DNA of 64,000 nucleotides from Atractiella rhizophila (Eukaryota): NCBI GenBank assembly GCA_021432655.1, contig MU271333.1, positions 1-64,000 of the forward strand, given 5' to 3'. The position numbers and the translations under genes are program-made. Shown in pieces: positions 12,030 through 22,403 of this stretch (position 1 is the first letter of the stretch; every line of letters begins with the position of its first letter). The notes beneath the pieces were generated by a model. It made no database searches. It saw only the letters and a program-made list of their open reading frames with translations, and was not told the origin of the DNA.

Positions 12030-13878
12030 TCAACAACCTCCCTGTTGTTCAATACCGGCAGATCAGATGTGTCGCTCCCCGTCTCTTGTTGTGGGGTTTG
12101 ATCTCCTTGGTCCTCCTTTTCAACAACCTCTTGGAGACTGGGTGCCCCTTCCGGTTCGTCATCCCATTCATCCCTCTCGAAGTATTCACCTAGTTCTTTT
12201 TCAACTAGCCTTGCCTTAGCCCTGTCTGCTCTCTTCCTCAGACAGTTGTCTCCCCGTATGCTCCGTGGGCCCCATGTCCCTTCTCTCCACAATATGCACA
12301 ACGTAGTGCTACTCGTACATGGGAGCATGGTGTGCCAACCGGGGGAGGAGGTCTATCTCCACATGGGGATGGATTGGTTCCTTCTTGCATGAAGCAAGTA
12401 AGGTGTTGCGTGCAAGCTTTAGTATCATGTTCTTCCGCGCATGCACCACAAACTGGCCGATCTTTCCTATGACAACTTCTACCAAAGTGGCCTAATTGGA
12501 AGCAGTTGAAACATTGTGGTAAGGCTCGAATCGATTTTTCAGCTGTGAGGCGTCGGCCGTTGAAGAGCACTCCTCTTTCAATGGCTTCATCCGCGACTTT
12601 GCCGCTTTTGAAGAAGATCAACAGGGATGAGAAGCCTTTGAGAGCGCTGCTTTCTACATCCTTGTCTTTGGAGATTTTCTTCGAGACCCATTCTAGCTTC
12701 AGAATGTCCGTATCCGTCCAGTTATTGCGGTCAAGGAGTAACTTCTTGACCTGGTTCTGATCCCTAATATTCCAATCCGTTTGTACTCTGTGGATCACCA
12801 CTACATCGGTTGGGACATTTCGGGTAAAGCCTTTAAGTCCACCGCAAACGATCAGCCACTCTGTGACAGTTTCCGTTGCCCTATTGCAGTCAATGGTGTC
12901 ATTGAACCATACGGCCAATCCCCCTCCAGGTAGTTTGTCAATTGCCGAGGCAGAGACTATACTATTCTCCTGTTCTTCTGGGGTATTGTCGCGAATTGGT
13001 TCGCTGTATACCAATCTCTTGACTAAGGCATCATTCACCTGAGCGAGCAAGTCCGCTTCGGATTTATCAACTTGACCAGCTTCAGAAGCATTGGGAGGGA
13101 AAAGTGTCAGCTTTCTCGAGTGATTTCGCCTCTAGCGCGCTTTTTTGGAAGCCGCCTTGGAGCGGGTGGGAGCATTCTTTGAGGTCAGAGCTGAAGACAG
13201 AAGGCTAAGTGGAGGGAAATCTTTTGCATCCGGCACCCAAGTGGGGTGGACGGTATTCGCATCATGAATGCTGATGCCCTCTGCGAGTTTGCTTTCAATC
13301 CCTTCAAGTCTGTCTAAGATTGATTCGATTGATCTGTTCGTGATGGTTTGATTGCGGGAAATGCGGCACATTTCGCTGAGTGGATCTTGCTCAAGAAGAA
13401 AGAGACATGTCTTTAAGAGAGTGCTTATATTGTCTACTACGGTTTGATCCGTTTTGAATTCGCCTCTGGCGTTCTTGAGCTTGTTGCTCCTACACATAGC
13501 ACGAAATTCCGTAAACGCAAAGTCAAGTAATTGGACTGGGTCATTTTGGGTCTCTTCATCAATGCCCAGAATGTCTGCAACCCTTGGGAAAGAGGGGGTG
13601 CCATGGATGGAATGTGAAGGAACAGATTTCCAGTTCGAACCACTCTTGTCAACGAGGTGCGTACTGTTTTCCCTTCCTCCTCCATCGCTTTCATCTACAG
13701 CCCTCTGGCTATTCTTTAATATTCCTACTTTGTTAGCACCTATCGAGTGCTGGATTTGGGGAGCGGCAGGGTTGCGCTTAGAAGTTGATGCAAATTCTAC
13801 TTGCTGTTCCCCTCCTTTCCCAGGTCCAGAGCTGGCCTTTCCACCCTCTTGCGAGGGTTTGGGGCCTTTCTGGAACAT
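12026..13878 (-). pseudogene. LINE ORF1 (gag-like, three Cys/His knuckles); disrupted
   Basis: ORFs 13132..13878 and 12238..13050 share a frame across one TAG. Knuckles CFNCFQLGHFGRSC, CGACAEEHDTKAC and CAYCGEKGH...; frameshift near 12250 into ORF 12026..12328, whose TGA overlaps the ORF2 ATG. Confidence 0.88.
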
Positions 13879-14299
13879 GGTGTATGGTGAGTGTTGTGGG
13901 AGAGTCGGTTTTGTGTGAAATTATTAGGGGGGTGTTTCCGAGTGAAGCCTGAGGAATCTTTCCTGGGTGAGCACATGATCTCATGACATAGTAAAGTAGG
14001 TCACATGACTTCGGATGGTGGATTTCGGTAATGCGTAGGGGCAAGCCTGACAACAGGTCCCAATTTGTACAAGATGTAATCCTGATAAGAAAGTGGTACA
14101 TTGTAGCAATACTCCTCTATCGTCTATGGCATATAGAGTGAAATATAAATGCACTATACACAGAGTTTTAATCAAAAGATTCCTTTTCCCTTATGGTGGA
14201 CTTGTTTCGTTTGCCTAAAGCTTTATCCCACAAAAGGTCAGTTTGTACAGAGACTGTGAGGTGAAATGTACTGAAACAATCTAGTAATACCTCACAATT

Positions 14300-14821
14300 T
14301 CAAACCTTTTCTGCAGCAGGTTCTTGTATAACACCTGTCACTTTTTCTGCATGTCCAATTCTATCCAGCAAACCATCACAGTCTTCAATGTCTGAAGCTG
14401 CACAGCATTCTGTGTAAAGCTGACGAGCTTTCCCAATTTCCTCCCTCGCTTCAGCATACCTTGACAATTGAAAGAGTTGTTGTGCCATTCTCTCTCTGCT
14501 GGATGCCTCTAAGTAGCCACCCACTGTCTGACTCACAATGATTGCTTGCTCATAAAACTCAATCCCCTTCATGACCTGAGAGTCCTGAATGAAAACAGAA
14601 GCAGTACTGTAGAGACAATTGAGTTGACCTCCCACATCTTCAAGGGCTAAATAGAGCTGCTTTGCCTCCTCAAACTGTTTCAGTGCTTCCTCATTCTTCC
14701 CACGATGCTGCTCGATCTCCCCCATGCTGCGAATGCAGTGGGCCAGGCCATGCCGATCTTCCACCACCAGATACAGCTGCTTTGCCTCCTCAAACTGTTT
14801 CAGTGCTTCCTCATTCTTCAT
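14300..14821 (-). pseudogene. C-terminal TPR-repeat fragment, probably a 5'-truncated NLR-like (NB-ARC/NACHT-TPR) gene
   Basis: 40-aa repeats KNEEALKQFEEAKQLYL; 45 identical bp at 14655-14699 and 14775-14819 (period 120 bp). ORF starts mid-repeat, no upstream NTPase domain seen, CpG-depleted. Confidence 0.65.
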
Positions 14822-15284
14822 GGATCTTGTGCCAACATAGATTCTGGAATGTTAATTGGTGACATTGTGGCATCAAGGGGCAGAGTGAAAGAGTGGTAAG
14901 TAGAGCTCTCTAGTTTGCTTTAATCCGTTGATTCCTGGCTTCGAGGGTTGCTTAACATATCTGCTTTTGTTTACTACTGGGTATTATATGAGGCATTGCG
15001 TTCATTTTAAACGCGAAAATATTGCAGTAATGAACGCAAAGTTAGGAACGCTGCTGTCGTCTGCACGCAGCATGGCTTCGGGCATCATGGCGTTCCACCG
15101 AAAATCACGGTCAGCGGATTATTTCCAAGAGTTATGTGCAAACAAAAGCTTGATGCCTATCCAGCTTCTATGTGCTGACCTCGCTCTTTGCCATCATCTT
15201 ACTCCCACTCCTCAGACCGTAATATCAACCAAAACATCATCTCACGAGTCAGCGTGGTGCGAATTTGTATCTCCTGCGTTATCC

Positions 15285-17035
15285 ATGATGCTTCTGCTCG
15301 CCTATGTTCGCTCTGACAAGACTGTTAAAGAAGAGCCTGGCTTCATTTCGGGAACCGTTATTTGTAGCAATATTGCCGCTCGTCTTCTTCTCACCACAGC
15401 CAAGAAATTCACCATCCACTTCTCCTTTGACATCGAAAGTCAGAACAAGGATTTTTTGGAGGTAGACCTGTCAGAAAATGTTGAACTCCATACAACCTTT
15501 GGATTTGGGACGTCAACATGGTCGTTTCCCCCGGTTAAAGGTTGTCCTTCCGTTGCTTCCTATTCATTGGAACTCGATATTTTCAGCCTTCCTGACATTG
15601 CAGCAATTTGTCACGTTCAACATCAAACCTCACCTGTGCAATCGGTGGTACCGTTTCAGTTACTTTTATTTCACAAATGGGATTACAATCCGTTCTTGGA
15701 CTTTCCAACCGAGCTGATACTTGCCTGTTTGAACCCAATGTTGATCTCATCCAACCTAAGCATCTTGGATATGTCAAGGGAGGACTCATTCTCCCTGTAC
15801 CATCAAAACTTCCGGTACATCCAAAACTTTCGTCTTGTGTGTCGGCAGTTCGAACGAGCCGGACGGATTGCTCTCTATCGCCAGATTGGGGCTGTGACGG
15901 AGATGAGAGGTTATCCAGTTGGTGATACAGGGAGTCGACTACGGATCATCGATTTCTTACAGCAGTATGACAAGGAATTAATCTCATGGATCAAAATGCT
16001 TTTCTTGCGACCTGGGGACTTTCCAAATAACAGCTACAGGTGGAGGTTTGCTTCTCTCCTTTTCGAAGTTGGTCACAATGTCAGAACCTTGGTTTTGCAA
16101 CTTCAACCCCCTACTTGTGCGCTTCAGCGCCAGAAAATCTGGCTCTTGGTTGGGCACATGAAGTCATTGACTTCTCTCTATGTTGAAGGAATGAAGGATC
16201 ACAAATCAACTCGTTGGCGTTTCTCAGATCTTGCTTCCCTTTTTCGGGCTGGCCGGATATCTCACAGCCTCCGTGATCTCTACATCTGTGGTTGGGACCT
16301 GCTCGACTTTGAGTGTGAGCTTCGGCCTGACACAATCGACGGCAGTCTCTTGGAAGTTGAGGTCTTGGACTGCAAGTGTACCAGTTCATTCTTCCGATGG
16401 CTCTCCCGCTTGGGTCACGAGATCAAGGATTGTGCTGTTCAAGGTTTTTGGCCTGCTCCTCGCTACGAGCTGGATGGATTTGAGGATTTTCTTCTGGAAA
16501 ACCGAGATTCCATGTCGGAGATACGACTCATACATGTACCCATCACAATCGACGACCTCTATCCATTCACAACCACCAAGTTTCTCAAATCATTGGATGC
16601 CACGATCTCTTCTTGCAAGTGTGTATTTGACTGAATTCAATTTTGTGGACAAAGACATCTCATGTTCATTGCAATAGATGCCTGACCTGGTTCTATGTTG
16701 ATTGTGGAACTGAAGAGTCCAACATCGTCTCTTCCGATTTTCTCGAATCATTTGACTGCCCCAAGGTCCACACATTATACCTTTACGGCACTAACGTAGC
16801 AGTGGAAAAAGTCATCTGGTGGTCCCAGCGTCAGACACAGAGATTAGGGAAAGTGAATGTGTTCTGGTCCGAGCTATGGGGCGACCCAGAGATGGATGTA
16901 CTATTGCCTTCACTGAGAGGGTTTCCCCATCTCGAAAGTGAACTGTGGCAGCACACCTTTCACAGATTTACGATGGGACCGTTTAGGCTTTACTTTGATC
17001 TCGCTTATGGTGAAGAAGACGAATTTCGATGGTGA
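15285..17035 (+). CDS. F-box-like / RNI-like LRR protein, two exons
   Basis: FLDFPTELILACL...FRLVCRQF...ALYRQI F-box pattern followed by LxxLxL repeats (VRTLVL, LTSLYV, LRDLYI). A 59-nt GT-AG intron at 16619-16677 joins ORF 14928..16634 in frame with 16643..17035. Start codon uncertain. Confidence 0.65.
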
Positions 17036-17260
17036 GTCAATGGGTAAACTGCTTAATGAGTTTCTCCACGACTGTGATCCAGGAATGACCGTATCGTGTT
17101 GTTGTTAGTTGTGTATCGCGGGGCGGAAACATGTCCATAGCGGAAATAGTAAACGCTTTAGATAAAACGTATAAATCATATTAACAATATTCTTTCATAC
17201 AATTGTTTCTCTTGAAAAAGAGACCCTGTTGCTCGCTGCTTGACGCTGATGTTTCTTCAG

Positions 17261-17802
17261 TTACTCCTCAGTTCCCCCACGAGCGAGGCCTCCTTTCCTG
17301 CCCTCCACATGAGGATCGGGTCCAGACGCCCCACCTATCCGCCCCATTTATGTAAGGAATGTTCGTCAGATAAAAGGAGACAGACCAAAACCGTGCTCAG
17401 GATTCGTTCTCTTGTCAGGCGTGCCGTCCTTCTTCAATCCACCTGTCAACATGAATAACATGAGCGTCTTGACGTCCAGCCCTAATGGAAAGCCGAAAGG
17501 CGGATTGCGTGGGACAAACCATGCTCCTTTGGTCTGTAAGTATCACTTCCACCTCCGCCAGAAGATTCATAATCTTCAGTAGTCTCGACAGCTTGTTCGT
17601 GACGAGCATCAGCGCCTGCTTGTCCTGCACTCAAGTCAAGTTGTTAACAAACAATTTTTCTAAACAGAGGAGGAATGACTGAACCAGCTTCAGGATTGTT
17701 AGCTTTGAACCTCATGTCTGGGCTGCCGTCTTGCCTACATGCAAAGTAAACATCAACATGCCCTTAACACACAAGCAGAGCACACTTAGTAGGTCCGGTC
17801 AT
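17261..17802 (-). CDS. Small hydrophilic Gly-rich stress/conidiation-type protein with KGG-like motif (100 aa, 5 exons)
   Basis: Hand-spliced: MTGPTKQDGSPDMRFKANNPEAGQAGADARHEQAVETTEDYESSGGGGSDTYRPKEHGGLKKDGTPDKRTNPEHGFGGASGPDPHVEGRKGGLARGGTEE. Four GT-AG introns keep frame; TATAAAA about 95 bp upstream. Confidence 0.8.
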
Positions 17803-19275
17803 GTTGATGTTGGCCTGTGATATTGTATACTCTTTTGCCTGTTATCGAATGTTCTGAGTTTGATGGGTCCTTGACAGCGAGAGTAGAGCAGTATTTTATA
17901 GCTTTGGGAGTAGGAGGAGCAGAAGCTATGACGTGAAAGGACGTCAAAAAACGTATCGAATAACAGTTCCCCATTTCCTCAGTACCGATCTTCCCCAAAT
18001 CCCGCTTTGTTCCAGCTGATTCTAGTCCAACGTACGAGCTCCAACGATTCCGATTCCAGTCCCGCCAACTATGAAGGAGGACGGTTGCCTTCGGCTGCAT
18101 TCAATACAACAGTCGATGCGCCAGCACAACATTTGGCGGTGACACTGAGGGGCTTTCCAACAGCAATGGGAAAAGAAGAAGACCTGGTATTGTTTGTGCA
18201 AAGGTGACATAATCACTGATTATGTTCGCCTCCCTGGCTGCAGACGATTTGCGTGCGATTTGCGTTTGTGACAAAGCGAGAAGACTTCAAGCTTTGAGCT
18301 TGTCAAGGTTCGTTCTTTCCGTTCGCTAATGGCTCCTTCGCGATCCGCGCGATGACGAGCAACGTTGAAATGACGGCAAAATCGATACTTCCGTTGAAAA
18401 GCTATCGCGGGAACCGGAATGTTTACTTTGGAGTAGAAGAGAGCGTGAATAATAATCTCAAGCCGCCTAACAGAAGTCCTTGAGAAGTCCCTGCTTTCCT
18501 TTAGTGCGAATAGGAAGGCATCTCAAGGATATCAGTGACGTTACAGTGACTACAGTGCTCCAGTATTCGACCAGTTTCTCCTGCAAGTTGGAGGGGCAAT
18601 GTAGAGTGTATCATTTTACATCGCTGGAGTCAACAAGCCCGGTTCTGGCTCCTCTTCTCCCTGTTTCTCTATGTGCCCCGTTACATCCTGATGCGTACAG
18701 AGGCCAAGAAGGCGTCGTCGGTGTATGGAAAAGCTAGATTATCACTTTCTCAGTCCTGCGTTCGCATATAAACAAAACGGTAAGCTACACGAATAAGGAT
18801 AGGAAAATGTGGGTCGTCCCCTTTGGCAGAGTTCTTCACGACTAAGAAGAGGAGCGATTATGCAATACTTAGCCCCGAGCGGGAATGACCGGAGGAGGGA
18901 GAATGGAGAATGGGAGGTGTAGCAACGCGTGTTCTGTGTCGTTCTGTGCAGCCATCGATTGATCCTGTTAGAATGAGGATCATGTTCTCAGCGGACGGAA
19001 CTGGGATATTGCTGGGAGAGGCTTGCACTCTGAATTGTTTGCACCTGGACGAAGGGATCAAGGGATGCTTATAGCAATATTTACCATTGAAAGGCTCTGA
19101 TGTCGAGGCTCAACACAACTCAAAGAAAAGAAAAACGAGAAATTAGATTCTGTCTTAGTGGTGAGTAAGAAAGGAAAGTGTTTGTTTTTCAACGAGAGTG
19201 GAGTTCAGGACGCTCAGGTCCATTGAACAAGTCCATCCATCCATCCACCAAATCAAGTCCATCAATGTACCCTCT

Positions 19276-21441
19276 TCAAAGCAACAAAGCAATCGCAAAA
19301 GCTCCAACCACACCCGCCATTCCGACCTTGAGGGTGGAAGCGGCAGAATTTCCACCATTGCCACTTCCACTGTTGCTACCGCTCGAACCACCGTTACTTC
19401 CACCGCTGCTGCTAGCTCCACTTCCATGTCCAGTCGTTGGGCCAGTGACAGCCTGTCCAGAAGAAGCAGGGAGGACAGCAGCGGCGCTTGTGGGTTGCGT
19501 TCCAATCTGTCCGTTTCCGATCATGACCATCTTTCCGATGCTCGGTACTCCATCGGAAACGACGAAGTAGAGACAGGGTCCAGGAGGGAAGATGGACGGG
19601 TTGGGTGGGGCTTGGGAGACATGCATGGTCGCGCTTCCATCAGAGTTCCTGGTGAAGGTCGAGTTGAACTGGATGAAACGCTGTCCGAAGTTCTGAGCAT
19701 GCGTCGAGAATCCGGTCCTGATGCAGATCGCTTCGGTGTTATCCATATTGTAGGACTCCGACGCCTTCAGCTGAATATCGTACGAGTTGCCGCCGTAAGA
19801 GATCGTGTCTGGGATGCCGGTGGGTGCAGGACGAGTGTAGTTGAAGTACCAGGGGTAGAAGACTTCGGCGGAGGTTTGAGAGAAGGATTCTTTTCCGGCA
19901 GTTCCTTGAGGAACGAAGTCGACGTAAGGGTTCGAGCCAGCGATGAGGACGGATCCGTCAGCGAGCAGCGTGGCAGTCGAGTGGTAGATTCGGGGGCTGT
20001 TGAGGTTTCCAAGGCCTTGAGTAGTCCAACGAGATCCCGACTTCGCCTTGGGGTCGTAGATGGCAGGAGCAAGGATGGCATCGGCGGGGTTTGAGTAAGG
20101 GACATTAGAGTCATTGTATCCTATACATCAATGGCATGTCAGTCTCCAACACTCCTCCGAGAGACAAAAAGGACATACCAGCGACACCGTGTGAGACACC
20201 GTTGGTCAAGAAGAGAGTTCCGTCAGGTAGAAGGATGAGATTTCCCATCACCCTTCCTTGAGCAAGGTCATCGTCGTCCACATATTGTGGGTTGTCAGCT
20301 TCGGGTTGGATGGTGACACAGCTCGTGCTGGCCTCCTTGGCACGGAACCAGTCGACGGTGTTCGCCTTCCACTCGTTATCCGCAACATCCATACCACCAC
20401 AGAAGAGGATGGTGGGGTCGTAGTTGTTGGACGGGCGGAGGGGAAGCATGGCTTGACCAGCCGACGAAGGGTAAACACGGACGGCATGCGTGATGTTTGG
20501 GAGACGGGTCTCGACGTTTTTCTCCCAGTCGTAGAGGGCACTGAGCCAACCGGTTTGGATAAAGAGGCGACCTATCCATCATATCCTCATTCATCAAACT
20601 AATCTGTGGGACGGGCGGGAAACCGACCGGAAGGAACGAGCCAAGTCAAAGAGTACAAGTTGGCGGGCATGGCATCGACGAGGAGGGTAACATTGACCTG
20701 TGTGCCCTTTGAGGGAAAGTATTCGACAGTGGGATTATTTTGGTCGTTTCCATTTACGAATCCACCCCAAAAGTCACCACCGATGAGGATGAGGGAACCA
20801 TCCTGGAGGGTCTCGAGGGTGGGATACCAACGACGAGACTGCATGTAATTGGCTGAGTTGTCGACCCACGAACAGGAGCCATCGTCACAAGGATCTAACA
20901 CTCGCAGGGCAAGTCCTCCATCGTAATCGTAGTACGGCTCCGTATTGGCAGTAGCCGCTACTCCGTTCGTCGTGATAGGCTGGTTCCCTCCTGCATTGAC
21001 CCAGGTACCATTGCCAAGGACAGCACCACCGGCACAGCTGGTTCACCCATCAAGCTTCAGTCATCATCAAAGAGAGGGAAGAGGAAGGCAAACGTACAAG
21101 GAGTTGGTGCGGATATCCATCGCCGTCGCCTTCTTGGTATCCAGACTGAAACTGCTCGCCCAAGCAGGATGTGCGGGATCTCCCACCGTGATTGGGTTGT
21201 TTTCCGTCTTGTCGACAATATAAACAGTCTTCTCTGTGCCGAGGAAGAGTTGCTGGGCTGTTTCAACCTTGTTCTCAATACCAAGACACTGCTTGGGATG
21301 GACGAAAAACTGACCAGAAACTCCAGTGTCTCCAATGGTCGTGTACCCATTGATCTTGACATCCTGAGCCTTGACGGAGTTGGCTGCGAGGAGGAGAAGG
21401 GAAGAAGTGAGGGGGATGGAAGATTTGGTAGTGGGTTTCAT
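19276..21441 (-). CDS. Copper radical oxidase / glyoxal oxidase (CAZy AA5_1), secreted, likely GPI-anchored; multi-exon
   Basis: Signal peptide, FCAGG (spliced), RRWYPT, GRVMG, RIYHS...GSNP and STHAQNFGQR, followed by a Ser/Gly-rich linker and hydrophobic C-terminal tail. Confidence 0.92.
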
Positions 21442-22403
21442 GTTTCTCGAAAATCACAAATTTAATGGGGAAAAGAAGACAGTCTGCTGTAAAAAGAAAG
21501 AAGTGCCCACTTTCTTGCCAAGTGTATAGTCGTTTAGCAGGGTAAGAAAAAGAGAAAGGGCTTGAGGAGGTGGTCGTTCGTTGCAGCTTTTTAGAGCCGT
21601 GTCCCTAAATAGAGTTTGAGCCCCTTATTCCCGACCCCGGTCGCTCTCCGGAGCTGCCTTTTCTGATTCTGAGCGAGATCTTTGCGCATATTATATCTCC
21701 CACTCGGGATCACCTGACAGCCTGTTTATAGCCTGTAGAGGAAGGGTAGTAAGGGGCAAGGGGAACATCCCAAGCAATAAACAATGTCTTTGCAAGACAC
21801 AACGTTGATGCGAGTTGATGGTATGATGGTGACTAATTGAGGCGTCGATCACCGTCGCATTCCGAAACCCAACAATCTCAATCAGTCAATCAGTCAGAGG
21901 TTAGACACAAGCACCACTTCTTTAGAAATAGAGTCAGACAATAGAGTGCGCTAGAATCTGCATAGAATCCAACAGAAACGGCCAATACATTTCTCAATCC
22001 GAGATTACGAGCTCGTAAGTCGCGCTCGGTTTGTCCCGGTTGTAAAATTGCTGATGACTTCATAGTTCCCTCACCTGAATATTGTTCCGAAGCTGCCTTG
22101 CAACTTGTATCATATCCTCCAAAGAACGAGCTAAGAAGAACCAGCCTGAAAACCACCAGCAGCATCACGGTTTCGGACGTATTTTTGAAGCCTTCATTCG
22201 TTCCCTCGCAGACGATTCCTTGGACCTCGCAGAGAGAACGGCTGAGCACGGCTGGCTTGGTTGCAAGGTGAGGAATTTTGCCGAGGGCCCTTTTTTCTAG
22301 CTCTAGCTTTGGAGCGTTCCAGAGCTTTCTCCCTCTCCAAAAAAGCAAAGCTGAACAACTTTCTTTCCCAGTTTCAGCCACCTGGACCATTGTAGATCAT
22401 AGA

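Larger units (their letters stand above)
7556..13963 (-). mobile_element. Full-length non-LTR retrotransposon (LINE, Tad1-like, RNase H-bearing), inactivated
   Basis: 11-bp TSD TGGGTGAGCAC at 7545-7555 and 13964-13974; (ACA)n 3' tail at 7557-7575; gag-like ORF1 and APE-RT-RNase H-CCHC ORF2. Confidence 0.95.
7167..14052. mobile_element. Solo LTR of about 467 bp (7167-7555 plus 13975-14052) split by a LINE insertion
   Basis: Ends TGTTAGG...CCTGACA (TG...CA, imperfect terminal inverted repeat). 5-bp TSD ACAGG at 7162-7166 and 14053-14057. The joined halves are collinear with the copies at 5668-6680. Confidence 0.8.

Noticed and set aside
16632..16645. Apparent premature stop or frameshift in the F-box gene
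   Set aside because: A 59-nt GT-AG intron (16619-16677) removes the stop and restores the frame.
19198..20094. 298-aa plus-strand ORF
   Set aside because: Antisense shadow of the glyoxal oxidase exon; no recognisable motifs.
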